Origin: Candidatus Peregrinibacteria bacterium
GTDB lineage: Bacteria > Patescibacteriota > Gracilibacteria > UBA1369
Assembly (NCBI GenBank): GCA_963708185.1
Contig: OY970195.1
Location: forward strand, 1,280,001-1,344,000
Length of the DNA stretch: 64,000 nt
Direction of reading: 5' to 3'
Both the position numbers and the translations under genes were made by a program. Every line of letters begins with the position of its first letter. Position 1 is the first letter of the stretch. The notes under the pieces are model-generated. The model was not told the DNA's origin, made no database searches, and saw only the letters and a program-made list of their open reading frames with translations. Shown here one piece after another: positions 52,801-61,948 of the stretch.

Positions 52801-53155
52801 CGCTTTTCAACGCCATGGCATGGTCGCCGTTTTCGGTAATCTGAATGACGTTTGTTAAAAATCCAGTCGGGTCTGTTGGTTCCTGGACCTGTATGGGAAT
52901 GTTACTGTCGACGATGCTGTTGTTGCCCAACTGGCCGAAGTCATTGTAGCCCCAGGCCCAGACGGTGCCATCGTTTTTGATGGCAAGTGAGGAGAAATCC
53001 CCGCCCGCGACGATTGAAAAACCACAGAATTGCGGTCCTGGAGCCGCCAGGGCAATATTTGGAAAAGGAAAATTGGAAAGGTTGATGACGATTGCGCTGA
53101 TGAGCATTAAGCTGCTCACCTTCAAAAGACTTTGCAAAGACTTTTTGTTTTTCAT
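49811..53155 (-). CDS. Secreted protein: RCC1-like propeller + IPT/TIG + TSP3 Ca-binding repeat + TolB/PD40 propeller + WxL-like C-terminus
   Basis: Signal peptide; 7 DGTVWAWGxNxxGxLG repeats; SPNSGSDAGGTTVTISG; DSDGDGVPDSTDNCP; 7 SPDGTKI-type repeats. Confidence 0.9.
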   Translation of the reverse strand: MKNKKSLQSLLKVSSLMLISAIVINLSNFPFPNIALAAPGPQFCGFSIVAGGDFSSLAIKNDGTVWAWGYNDFGQLGNNSIVDSNIPIQVQEPTDPTGFLTNVIQITENGDHAMALKSDGTVWAWGYNSDGELGIGNNTDSHVAVQVTDPSDGSGFLQNVNSISNGRFHSLAAKNDGTVWAWGLNTDGELGQGTTGGSSNVPIQVTDPSDGSGFLQNVYQVSGGRLQSYALTNSGTVKAWGYNNHKELGDGDTTLQNVPVDVVVGRIPAPLNNIAAISAGRQHVLALDFNGNVWAWGTNLEGELGIGTTSSNEDVSEVTDPSDGSGFLSNVTSISAGRFHSMALKDDNTVWTWGSNTNGQLGSDTPVGTTSLVPAEVTESSNFFSGAVAIAAGNTHSMAVKTDGTVWTWGANSNGQLGNATNGTGGGTDADQPNPVQISFTLNCVSPNSGSDAGGTTVTISGAYFTLVGMTVTFDGLSATNVTFIDSNTITADTPAHAAGAVDVVISDGRSSSTLTNGFTYTSGSDSDGDGVPDSTDNCPTVPNPGQENTDGPGSSTNLTNMSNSDESEPKYSPDGTKIAYSSYSYTDSTSDIYIMDSDGRNQLDLTNTPTTSEDAPFFSPDGTKIYFESQPSGSRFDVYSINSDGSGVTNLTNDPGFNDGIVGISPDGTKIYFFSDRDGNDEIYSMDSNGTNQTNLTNTALGSEFRAVVSADGTKIAYASDSGSGNKIFIMDADGTNQTQLTTGTYNDYPQAFSPDGTKILFISDRNGPDEIFTMDVNGSNQTSLTPAAVADAPTYSPDGTKIAFYTNPGGNDEIYIMDSDGGNQTNLSVAPASNEDNPIFNPDGTKVAFISYRDGNGEIYSTATNPDTLGDACDCQTDGLCTAETYCANNSTPDTDCYGACGPIASNESCASTTIQAGTLSFTDIPDNTAFTNAQNNTNLPSFNNAGGADAMDTLSVSDLRDDAGAGFEVQLSASPFATADNANTIPLDYLYVVSTLPRNSGTIDDTTNGIEYAADCSGPTNDITGSVNADSAGGPPDLGALSTFSVLGSTLGTGDTTTPVVLMSAPAAARRCTASQNISYAVDLPSYISAYGSNIPAGTYTVTFTFTLIPT

Positions 53156-53281
53156 CGGGGTAATTTATTTTTATCTGTCTATTATACGGTATTTTGGTGA
53201 TTTTGTAAATTCATTGCACTCTTTTTTATTTTCAGGCACATTAGGTGCAGTGACATCACGTTATTCTCTATTTTGTTTCCG

Positions 53282-53956
53282 ATGAAAAATTTTTTGCCGT
53301 TGAGTTTGTTGTTGTTATTTTTTACGCAAACCGCGCTCGCCGCTCCTTCCCAGGTTTCAGCCTGTCTCAACATCAATGTTGATCCTCCTCGGAACGTTGA
53401 TATGGCCAAAGTCCGTGATACCTGGTTGAGTTGGTATAACGATGCCCGGGCGAAAAACGGATTGGCTCCGTATGTGTATAACGAAGCGTTGAACGAAACT
53501 GCTGCCAATTGGTCTTTTTATGCAGTAAAAAGAGGTTTTATCAGTCACCAGCGAGCGGGGCAGGCAAGTTATTACGATTATAGAAAAGTCGGATCATGGT
53601 TCGCATCCAAAGGCGTGAGGTTCGCAGACGGCGGAGGAAGGAGTGATTATGTTGAAAATATCGGTTGGGATTACTACAGCTGTTCAAAAGCAGACTGTAC
53701 CGACGATCTGATCACTGCCATTAAACATACCTACAACTTTTTCATGAGCGAAAAAAACAAGAAATATCGCGCTCACTACGAAAGCATCATGAACAGCGAT
53801 TATCATGAAATCGGGCTCGGCATTGCCGTCGACCCGGTGAAAAAACGTTATTATCTGACGGTTCATTACGGGACGGACGTCATTGAAAAAGATGTGCAAA
53901 CGCAACGCGCATGTACGGCCGTGACCGCGCTTCAACTGGGCGATCACAAGTTTTAA
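53282..53956 (+). CDS. Secreted CAP (SCP-like) domain protein
   Basis: Signal peptide; NDARAKNGLAP...L, ISH, ENI, HYESIMN...EIGLGIA. Confidence 0.8.
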   Translation: MKNFLPLSLLLLFFTQTALAAPSQVSACLNINVDPPRNVDMAKVRDTWLSWYNDARAKNGLAPYVYNEALNETAANWSFYAVKRGFISHQRAGQASYYDYRKVGSWFASKGVRFADGGGRSDYVENIGWDYYSCSKADCTDDLITAIKHTYNFFMSEKNKKYRAHYESIMNSDYHEIGLGIAVDPVKKRYYLTVHYGTDVIEKDVQTQRACTAVTALQLGDHKF

Positions 53957-53967
53957 TGTTGAGCGTT

Positions 53968-55176
53968 TTAGAGCAGTGAAGGGTCGATTTCCGCCTGGCT
54001 TCGAGCCATATCTTCCGCTGCCTGGTCGGCTTGGATCTGTGGAGGGGCAACTTCAGGGATGTTCATCGAATCCTCGGCCAATTGGCAATCGTTTCCGAAG
54101 TTGAGATAAACGTCGGCGTCGTAGATGTCGAAGGAATATCCATCTTTATCGTACGTTACACTGGCAACCGCGTCTGAAGGTGCTCCATGTTTGATGGCCG
54201 TTTTCCAGAGATCGGCGAGCGGGCATTGGGGATCGTCAACGAATTCGTCGTGGTATGTGGTCGGGTCGCTGACGTCAAGATCGATACCTTTGTTGGTATA
54301 GGTGTATTCCGTATCGACACCGCCGCCAATTTTTGTGACGGAACGCCACTCTCCGGGGCGATAGACATCGGCTTCGACCGGTTCATACCATTTCCCGGTT
54401 GCGGTTCCGCCGGCTCCGACCGGAGGAGCGTCTTTAGGTGGTTCGGCGAGTTCGCGATAGAAGTGATATGTCGTCTGGGGTCTGTAGTTTGAGACAGTTA
54501 AATCCATTGTTCCGTCGGAACGGACATAGCTCATGTCTATAGCGCTCAGTTTGGCGTTGGGGTCGACATGTGAACGAATTTCGTTCACGGAAGCGATGGG
54601 GTCAAAATGCGTTGGATCTCCTTCAAGTGCAAAAGTTTGAGAATATGAACCAAGAAAATTCATGCCTACAATCAATACTCCGACGAAAATTCCGATGGTG
54701 ATGATGATCATAACGAGCGTGAAGATGCCGGTGTTTTTTCTTTTCGGCGAGTTGCCGGTGGAGTTCATCATGGGGTTGCCGGTGGAGCCCATCATCGGGT
54801 TGGACGATGAGGTGTTAAAGCTGGATCCTCCCGACTGATTGAACGAAGAGTCGTTGAATGAGCCGTCCGAAAGTTTTTTGGTGAACGAATTGTTCATAAG
54901 GGTGTCGGGGTTATTAGGATCAATGCCGTATTTTTTGAGTATGTTTGCGACGAGCGGGTTTTTTAGCTTCTCGAGGTTTTGTTTCACTTTTTCCTGGAGT
55001 TCCGGAGGAAGATCGTTGAAGTTGTGGAAGGTTTGTCCATTGTGAATGAACGTGGGGCGGGTGATGTTGACACTCGAAGAGTTCCCGAACTCTCCCGAAT
55101 GTTCCTGAATCAACTTCTTGAAGTCGTCGGAATTGTCGAAATCGTATTCCTTGCCGTTGATATTGATCTTGGGCAT
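53968..55176 (-). CDS. Hypothetical single-pass membrane protein
   Basis: 402-aa ORF with a low-complexity N/S linker and one strong TM segment. Confidence 0.7.
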   Translation of the reverse strand: MPKININGKEYDFDNSDDFKKLIQEHSGEFGNSSSVNITRPTFIHNGQTFHNFNDLPPELQEKVKQNLEKLKNPLVANILKKYGIDPNNPDTLMNNSFTKKLSDGSFNDSSFNQSGGSSFNTSSSNPMMGSTGNPMMNSTGNSPKRKNTGIFTLVMIIITIGIFVGVLIVGMNFLGSYSQTFALEGDPTHFDPIASVNEIRSHVDPNAKLSAIDMSYVRSDGTMDLTVSNYRPQTTYHFYRELAEPPKDAPPVGAGGTATGKWYEPVEADVYRPGEWRSVTKIGGGVDTEYTYTNKGIDLDVSDPTTYHDEFVDDPQCPLADLWKTAIKHGAPSDAVASVTYDKDGYSFDIYDADVYLNFGNDCQLAEDSMNIPEVAPPQIQADQAAEDMARSQAEIDPSLL

Positions 55177-55189
55177 GCTGGATTGAAAA

Positions 55190-55265
55190 TGGAGCCACAG
55201 TCGGGAATCGAACCCGAGACCTCATCCTTACCATGGATGCGCTCTACCGTCTGAGCTACTGCGGC
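55190..55265 (-). tRNA. tRNA-Thr(GGT)
   Basis: GCCGCAGTAGCTCAG...CATCC-ATGGTAA-GGATG...GGTTCGATTCC...CCA. Confidence 0.96.
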
Positions 55266-55412
55266 TTGGGGGAAGGTTTTTTTTGCCCCGCAATTTTAGC
55301 ATGAGAATCCCAAATTGCAACTTTTAACAATAATTTTAAAAGTTTTTCATGTCGGGAGCGTAATGTTGGTGACGCTTTCGGCCGAAAGTGCCTAATTCTT
55401 CATCACACCAAC

Positions 55413-56918
55413 ATGAAACAAAACAAACACATCAGCCTGGTTACGGCATGCCTGATGTTTTTCAGCATCACGGCGCCACTCCTCCAGGTTGCCAAAGCGG
55501 CAAGTCCCGGCGACGTTGTCATTAACGAAGTTGCCTGGGCAGGTTCCGCGGATTCGTCTACTGACGAATGGATTGAACTTTACAATAATTCAGGTCAGTC
55601 CGTGGATCTCACGAACTGGCATATTGACGATGACCATGGGGCTTCAGATTACGTGATTGTGTCAGGAACGATCGCTTCCCACGGGTATTTCCTCATCGAA
55701 GATCATGAGTCGACGGTGTCCAATATTTCAGCGGATGTCATCATCGATCTTTCGCTTGCGAATACCGGTGACTCGCTTGATCTTTACGACTCGGCTGGAC
55801 AGCTGATCGATACGGTCAACGGGTCCGGCGGCGCCTGGTATGCCGGCGACGCGACGAGTCACGCTTCGATGGAAAGAGTCGATGTTTCATCTCTTGCGGA
55901 TGACGCATCGAACTGGGCGACCTCAACGGGGAGCGGTTCCGTTTCTTCCGGCGGCAGTGCAATCATAGGAACTCCCTCTGCCGTGAACAGTCAGTCCGTG
56001 ATCGCTCCGGGAACGGCTTCGGTGGATTTGGCTTCAGGCGTTTCGGCCATCCAGAGCGGTGATGTTCTTACGGTAACGGCACAGGTCAATGATGTTACGG
56101 ATCTTTTTGCCTATGGATTTGAACTTGATTATGATCCGGCGGTTTTGCATTTGAAGAGTTCAAGCGAAAAGGGATTCCTGAGTGAAAACGGTGCGGTAGC
56201 GACCTCTTTCCAGTCCGGACTCCAGGATGGAACGGAAGGAAAACTGCTCATTGCGGGTGCCCGAACCGTCAGTCCGAAAACGGCGGTTTCCGGGAATGGT
56301 GATCTGTTTGAAGTACAGTTCGACGTTCTTTCGACCGCCGATACGTCCATCCAGGAGGGAAACGGGAGCTTTCTTGCTTCTACCTCAGGGGATATTCCGG
56401 CGAGTTTCAATGCCGCGGATTTTACCGGTCAGATCAGTCAAATTCCCGCGGTGACGAATCTGGTTTCTGCACCCGGACAGCAGCGTTACAGCATCGTCCT
56501 GAACTGGGATGCTGTTTCGGGAGCCGACGGGTACCGGGTCTACCGCAAGGATGCCCATGGCCAGATGCAGCAGATCGCGGAAATCACCCAGACGACTTTC
56601 GTTGACGGCGACGGTGTCCAGAACGGAGGGCACATCATCCCTTTAACCAATTACGTCTATGACGTTACGGCGATAGCCGCTTCCACGGAGAGTGTTGCCA
56701 CGGAAGTCGTCGGCCAGGATGTCCGCGGACTGAAAGGTGATAACACCCGCAACGATCTTGTCGACGGTAGAGATTTGCAGGGTTTGGCCGACCATTTCGC
56801 CGAAAGCGATGCGGATCAGGGTTTTGATCCGCTGGTCGACACCACCTACGACGGCCGCATCGACGGCAGTGACCTTATAGATCTTGGTGCAAATTTTGCT
56901 CTTACCTATCAGCCTTAA
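55413..56918 (+). CDS. Secreted lamin-tail-domain + cohesin + FN3 + dockerin-like protein
   Basis: Signal peptide; VVINEVAW...EWIELYN (LTD); DLFAYGFELDYDP...SGNGDLFEVQF (cohesin); LNWDAVSGADGYRVYR (FN3); GDNTRNDLVDGRDL and DTTYDGRIDGSDL paired Ca-binding loops. Confidence 0.8.
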   Translation: MKQNKHISLVTACLMFFSITAPLLQVAKAASPGDVVINEVAWAGSADSSTDEWIELYNNSGQSVDLTNWHIDDDHGASDYVIVSGTIASHGYFLIEDHESTVSNISADVIIDLSLANTGDSLDLYDSAGQLIDTVNGSGGAWYAGDATSHASMERVDVSSLADDASNWATSTGSGSVSSGGSAIIGTPSAVNSQSVIAPGTASVDLASGVSAIQSGDVLTVTAQVNDVTDLFAYGFELDYDPAVLHLKSSSEKGFLSENGAVATSFQSGLQDGTEGKLLIAGARTVSPKTAVSGNGDLFEVQFDVLSTADTSIQEGNGSFLASTSGDIPASFNAADFTGQISQIPAVTNLVSAPGQQRYSIVLNWDAVSGADGYRVYRKDAHGQMQQIAEITQTTFVDGDGVQNGGHIIPLTNYVYDVTAIAASTESVATEVVGQDVRGLKGDNTRNDLVDGRDLQGLADHFAESDADQGFDPLVDTTYDGRIDGSDLIDLGANFALTYQP

Positions 56919-57607
56919 TGATTGAACAGCCCGAATCTTTGGAGATTCGGGCTGTTCTTTTTCTTCTTTCCACTTCTATGAATCCTCAAATTTTTCTCAG
57001 CACTGCGTTTCCACAGCAAAATATGCTGCGCCTCGACGTTCTTGCGAAAGATCTCCCCAATGTTTTTCTGGGAACCGCTTTCGATCTCGTGGTTCCGGAA
57101 CAGTGGACGTTCGATCACGAAGAGCTCTGCGGCGTCTTTGATCCCGCGGACCGGCACGTGCTTCATCTGGTTTCCTCAAAACCAGGAAGGGTCGTTTTCG
57201 GACTCGCGATTACCGGTGGAGGATATGATGATCCTCGTGACGGTTGTCTGGTCAGTTTTTATTTTCATGTTCCGAACCACGACTCCGGCTCGATTTCTTT
57301 CGAACATCACACGATGAGCGTGTATCAGAACGGACGGAGGGATGTCGCGTCGGTTTCATGGAAAGGCATTGATGCCAGCGTTTCAAAAGTTCCTTCAGAA
57401 AGTCCAACTGATGCGAAAACAATGGAAACGTTTTCTCAACAGGTCGCCGTAACCCAGCAGGCGGGTTTCCTCGGTGAAGACGATCTTTTGCGTTCGATCG
57501 ACCCTCAGGTTGCGGATGTGTATATAGTGGTGTTGTCTTTTTTGCTCCTTGGTTTGATTGTTTTTGGCTTGAGTCTGGCCTATTTCCGTTTGAAGGACAA
57601 AAAATAA
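56918..57607 (+). CDS. Cohesin-like domain protein with a C-terminal membrane anchor
   Basis: Strand pattern parallels the upstream cohesin (LRLDVLAKD...LGTAFDL...GRVVFGLA...DGCLVSFYF); C-terminal TM plus basic tail; TAATG stop/start overlap. Confidence 0.6.
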   Translation: MIEQPESLEIRAVLFLLSTSMNPQIFLSTAFPQQNMLRLDVLAKDLPNVFLGTAFDLVVPEQWTFDHEELCGVFDPADRHVLHLVSSKPGRVVFGLAITGGGYDDPRDGCLVSFYFHVPNHDSGSISFEHHTMSVYQNGRRDVASVSWKGIDASVSKVPSESPTDAKTMETFSQQVAVTQQAGFLGEDDLLRSIDPQVADVYIVVLSFLLLGLIVFGLSLAYFRLKDKK

Positions 57608-57699
57608 CCTGTTTTGCCCATTTTTCGTAAAAACAGGTTGACTTCAAGCCGATTTTGGCTATCATTGCATAGCTTCTTTATTTTGATTTTGTTTTATTT

Positions 57700-57882
57700 A
57701 TGGCAAAAGGTAAAAGTCAGTTCGCCACTTGGTATTGCTCTGAATGCAACCGAGGCAACTACATCACGGCCTACAATAAAAAGAACAATGAGAATATTGT
57801 GAAAGTTTTGCGAAAACATTGTGGGCAGTGTCACAAAACACTTGAACACAAGCGAAAAGACACCAAAAAAGCTGCGAAATAG
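57700..57882 (+). CDS. rpmG: 50S ribosomal protein L33 (Zn-binding type)
   Basis: CSEC...NYxT.xNKKN...LRKHCxxC...H. Confidence 0.9.
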   Translation: MAKGKSQFATWYCSECNRGNYITAYNKKNNENIVKVLRKHCGQCHKTLEHKRKDTKKAAK

Positions 57883-57918
57883 ACGACGCTCCAGCGTTCC
57901 AGCATTTAATATCTCGTT

Positions 57919-59700
57919 ATGTCACTTGTTCGACATTTCTTCCGGAAACTTTTTGTTTTTGCCGGGATTTTTTTGTTTGCCATTCTTGCAGGTGGATGCC
58001 AGCAGACTGACGCCGGTTTGACGTCGGCTCTCATGACTCCGGGCGGAGTTCGTGCCGAGGCTTTTCTTCCGCAGGACAGTTTCATGATTTTTGAACTCGG
58101 TCCGGCTGATCAGGTCCAGCAGACGGCATTTTCAAGTTTGCTTCAGCATTTTCCAACGGACGACCAGCAGAATTTTCAGAAAAATGTCATTGGGGGTTTT
58201 GACAAGGATCTGACGACCTACGGTTTGAGTTACGAGCAGGACATTTTGCCGGCCGTCGGCAACAATCTCCGTATGATGGCGGCATTTGAAGGTTCTCCTT
58301 CAAGCCAGGACAAGCCCAACGTTTACGCTTTCGTTCCGCTCGAAGATCCTTCAAAGGCTGACTTGATTTTTCAGAAACTCGTGCAGGGAAAATTTTTCAC
58401 TCAGGAAAATTCCGGGGGCGGGACGATCTACTCAAAAGTGTTGAAGGATCCGAACGATGCGTCTGAGGAGTATATGTCACGGGTCAACGACCTTCTTGTG
58501 GTGACGAACGATCTTGAAAGTTTGAAAAGCGCTTTGGACCGCCAGAAGGGTTCGCAGGCTTCGTTACTGCAGGATTCCGTGTACCAGAAGGCACTTCGGC
58601 AGTTGAAGCCTTCCGTGGCGTTCGCTTATATCAATCTGCAGGGTATTTTCAACGTCATCCGACAAGATCCGACGGCGAGAAAACAGTACGAAGAGATTTT
58701 TACGCAGATGCCGCAGCAGAATTCACTCGATGCCCTGCAGGGGGAGATGTTTTCGGCGCAAGCCGAAGCGAAGGGCCTGCGTCTTTACGGCGCAGTCTAC
58801 GGCGATGATGAAAAGATGAAGAATCTTGATCAGAATTTTTTGAATCTCCCGAACCATGAGCCGTATCTTTACCAGAAAATCCCCGGCGATTCCGTGGATG
58901 TCTACGTTGAGGGCTATAACCTCGAGAAGGTTTTGCAGTACGATCTTTCGCTTTGGAGCGGACTCGGCGGTTTTGCCGAAGGCTTTTCCGCAGTGAAGAA
59001 CGCATTTCTGCAAATCGGTCTCGATTTTGACAAAGATTTTATGCCGATGTTCGAACAAGGAGTGGCGTTCGATATCCGCAATAACGGTTCGGTCCTGCCG
59101 TCGGTCGGTTTGTTTGCCGACGTTTCACAGCACACGACCGAAGCCGGGAAGGTCATGGGGAAACTTCAAATGATTGTCGACGTTATCTTGAAAGACATCG
59201 AACCGAATTTTGCCGATTCGCCCGGGCTTTTCACCAACGAGGAGTCCGACGTGAATGGTGGAAAAGCCTATGTCGTGCGTCTCCATCTGGATAAGCTGAA
59301 TCCGCAGAATTCAAACTATGCCGCAATGCAGCTTTTTTTGAACAAACCGATCGAACTCTGGTACGGAGTCAGCGGAGACCATATCGCTTTCATCACTTTC
59401 GATCCTTATTTCGGTCAGAATTACGGGAGTTCCAACAGGATCAGCCAGGATCAGAATTTTCAGCATGTTCTCGAACAGATAAAAGTGGGCAGCGGGATCG
59501 GGTATCTTTCTCCGTCCACGTTGGTGGATTATCTCAACAAGGTTTTTGATGCCGCGCAATTGGCTTCCGGAGGCAAACAGGATTCTGCGGATTTTGCCAA
59601 GATCAAGTCGTATCTTCTTCCTTTCGCGGGAATGGCGTTCACAACCAAGCCCGTTTCAGCCGGAGAATCCCATTTTGAAGGATTCGTGCTGATTCAATAA
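57919..59700 (+). CDS. Lipoprotein, DUF3352-like
   Basis: Lipobox LAGGC; FLPQDS, YEQDILPAVG, and a repeated DFxPxF pattern. Confidence 0.6.
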   Translation: MSLVRHFFRKLFVFAGIFLFAILAGGCQQTDAGLTSALMTPGGVRAEAFLPQDSFMIFELGPADQVQQTAFSSLLQHFPTDDQQNFQKNVIGGFDKDLTTYGLSYEQDILPAVGNNLRMMAAFEGSPSSQDKPNVYAFVPLEDPSKADLIFQKLVQGKFFTQENSGGGTIYSKVLKDPNDASEEYMSRVNDLLVVTNDLESLKSALDRQKGSQASLLQDSVYQKALRQLKPSVAFAYINLQGIFNVIRQDPTARKQYEEIFTQMPQQNSLDALQGEMFSAQAEAKGLRLYGAVYGDDEKMKNLDQNFLNLPNHEPYLYQKIPGDSVDVYVEGYNLEKVLQYDLSLWSGLGGFAEGFSAVKNAFLQIGLDFDKDFMPMFEQGVAFDIRNNGSVLPSVGLFADVSQHTTEAGKVMGKLQMIVDVILKDIEPNFADSPGLFTNEESDVNGGKAYVVRLHLDKLNPQNSNYAAMQLFLNKPIELWYGVSGDHIAFITFDPYFGQNYGSSNRISQDQNFQHVLEQIKVGSGIGYLSPSTLVDYLNKVFDAAQLASGGKQDSADFAKIKSYLLPFAGMAFTTKPVSAGESHFEGFVLIQ

Positions 59701-59770
59701 TTCGTCTAAAGTTGAAAAAACGTGGACAATTCATTACAATGTTACTAATTTTACTTGTAATTTTTCGTTT

Positions 59771-60637
59771 ATGAAGAAATTTTTTGCTGCCGTAACGATG
59801 TCGGTTCTTTTACCGGTGACCGTTTTCGCCGCTTACACTCCGGGGAGTTATACCGCCACGGTGAATTCCAACATCCGTTCGATGCCTTCAATGAGCGGAT
59901 TGAGGATAGGCCACTATAACCAGGGGGATTCAGTTACGGTATTGGGAACCGTCGGTTCCTGGTGCCGCGTCGCGTACAAATATTACAACTCTTACGTTTA
60001 TTGCAGTTTGCTCGCTCCGGCGGTCGCTTCGTCCTCGTCTGTTTCAACGGCTTCGGTTTCGACGACGCCTGCGGCTCCAGTCGTCACCAACGGGCTCGTC
60101 ACAAAAAATCTGCAGGCTACCAAGGATTGGCTCCTGACGAATAATGAGGGCGTCAATTACATCAATAATTCATACTTCCAGTCGCGTGATGCTTCCCTCC
60201 AATGGGACGGCGAAGCCAAGATTTCCGATTTTTATTTCCAATGGCCATTGCTTGCCGATTCGAAATGTTCGATCGTCTTCAGCGGGCCTTATCATGCCAA
60301 TGAGGTTTTCAAGGCCCAATGTTTCGACAGCAACGGGAATTTGATCACATCGAAAGACAGCGTTGACAGTCCTTTGTCAGGATACGATTTGCCGCTTCTT
60401 CCGTTCAAACAGTTTGTTTCCAATCTGCTTGCCGATAAATCGCTTATGGCCGATTTCGACACTTACTTCGCCAAGTCGGACAAGATTCTCGCGCTGTTCC
60501 GTCTTTATAAAAACGTCAAAGGGACCCAGGTGTGGGAAGGGAAGTTCATTGATGAGAAAAGCGGTTATTTCATGATCGTGAATACCGACGCTTCCAAGAC
60601 GAACGGTTCGTTCAACGTGACGAAGGGCGTGTTCTAA
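59771..60637 (+). CDS. Secreted protein with an N-terminal bacterial SH3 domain
   Basis: Signal peptide; NIRSMPS...GDSVTVLG...WCRV...YV; S/T/A linker. Confidence 0.75.
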   Translation: MKKFFAAVTMSVLLPVTVFAAYTPGSYTATVNSNIRSMPSMSGLRIGHYNQGDSVTVLGTVGSWCRVAYKYYNSYVYCSLLAPAVASSSSVSTASVSTTPAAPVVTNGLVTKNLQATKDWLLTNNEGVNYINNSYFQSRDASLQWDGEAKISDFYFQWPLLADSKCSIVFSGPYHANEVFKAQCFDSNGNLITSKDSVDSPLSGYDLPLLPFKQFVSNLLADKSLMADFDTYFAKSDKILALFRLYKNVKGTQVWEGKFIDEKSGYFMIVNTDASKTNGSFNVTKGVF

Positions 60638-60654
60638 TTCACTATGGAGTCATC

Positions 60655-60684
60655 AAAAGGAGCACCTGCCGGTGCTCCTTTTTT
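60655..60684. terminator. Bidirectional intrinsic terminator
   Basis: AAAAGGAGCACC-TGCC-GGTGCTCCTTTTTT. Confidence 0.85.
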
Positions 60685-60711
60685 GGTTGTCTTCGGATTG
60701 TCTCTGAACGA

Positions 60712-61425
60712 TCAGTTTGGGACCTGCTGCGTCATTTCGTTTTGCTGGGTGGCGGTTATTTCCTGACCGCTGCTTCCTTTCTGGGCTTCCTGGATGGCCA
60801 GTTGCATCACGTTGTAATCAAGTCCTCCGAGGTATTTCTGGCCATTGATGTAGAACGTCGGCGTGGCATTGACGCCGAGGGTCTCTCCGTCCTGACGGTC
60901 TTTATTGATGACGTCGGCGTATTTGTTGTTCTGGATGTCAGCCGTAAACTTGGCGACGTCGAGATTGAGTTTTTTCGCGAGTTCAACGAAGGCGTCCGTT
61001 GGAGTCTGCATCTGGACCCAGATGTCCTGGTTCGCGTAAATGGCATTGTGCATTTCCCAGAATTTTCCCTGGGCGCCGGCGGCTTCGGCTGCCTCTGCCG
61101 CAAGCATCGCATACGGATGCTGTGCCAGCGGGAAGTTGCGGAAAATAAGTCTGACTTGCGGGTCGTCAGCGAGGATCTTTTCGACAATGGGTTCGGCATA
61201 ACCGCATGCCGGGCATTCGTAGTCCCCGAACTCGACGATCGTTACCGGATAGGTGCGGGTTCCGACTTCGGTGCTGTGGCTGTCGGCGTTCATGAGAAGG
61301 TTCTTGTCCACGGCCGGTCCGTTGCTTGTGGGAGCCTGGGTGGCGTTATATGCGACGATACCGCCTCCGATGACGATAATAACGGCGAGGACGATCCAGA
61401 GAAGTTTTTTCGTTTCTTTATTCAT
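60712..61425 (-). CDS. dsbA: DsbA/BdbD-type thiol:disulfide oxidoreductase
   Basis: N-terminal TM; EFGDYECPAC, RNFPL, GKFWEMH, GVNATPTFYING. Confidence 0.9.
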   Translation of the reverse strand: MNKETKKLLWIVLAVIIVIGGGIVAYNATQAPTSNGPAVDKNLLMNADSHSTEVGTRTYPVTIVEFGDYECPACGYAEPIVEKILADDPQVRLIFRNFPLAQHPYAMLAAEAAEAAGAQGKFWEMHNAIYANQDIWVQMQTPTDAFVELAKKLNLDVAKFTADIQNNKYADVINKDRQDGETLGVNATPTFYINGQKYLGGLDYNVMQLAIQEAQKGSSGQEITATQQNEMTQQVPN

Positions 61426-61861
61426 GGGAAGTGTTTTTATGAGTTACGTGATAATAGAAGAGCGAAGCAATGACCACGATAAATGCGACCATGGAAAGGA
61501 AGGGGATCGTGACGAATCCGAAATATTCGATGAATTTGGTCGTGCAGGAAACGCCCTGGGTGCAAGGCGCCGCCGCTTCGGGAATGATGTTGTAGTACAA
61601 GAGATTATGGAAAATGGAGATCGCAAGCCCCACGATGGCGAGAGGCAGGCCATAGAGGGCCACGTTCTTGTCTTTCTTGACGATTCCCACGAGCAGAATC
61701 GCGACGAGGGGATACATGCTGATGCGTTGGTACCAGCACAGGACGCATGGTGGATATTTGAGTATTTCGCTGAAGAAGAGGCTTCCGGCCATTGCTATGA
61801 TTGCCTGAACCCAGGCGATGTACAGCACGTTTTCTTTCAACCAGTGTTTAAGTTTACTCAT
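61418..61861 (-). CDS. dsbB: DsbB/BdbC-type disulfide bond formation protein
   Basis: GSLFFSE...PCVLCWYQRI; second Cys pair (CTQGVSC); TIPFLS. Confidence 0.92.
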   Translation of the reverse strand: MSKLKHWLKENVLYIAWVQAIIAMAGSLFFSEILKYPPCVLCWYQRISMYPLVAILLVGIVKKDKNVALYGLPLAIVGLAISIFHNLLYYNIIPEAAAPCTQGVSCTTKFIEYFGFVTIPFLSMVAFIVVIASLFYYHVTHKNTSHE

Positions 61862-61948
61862 ACATGAAGATTAAAACGCTCACAGTATACTGTTGAGCCT
61901 TGCAATTGCCAATAATTTCTGTGTAAATAAGGTTACTTACGTAATTTT

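Noticed and set aside
54751-54798. 24-bp tandem duplication (NPMMxSTG x2)
   Set aside because: Ordinary low-complexity linker expansion in a membrane protein.
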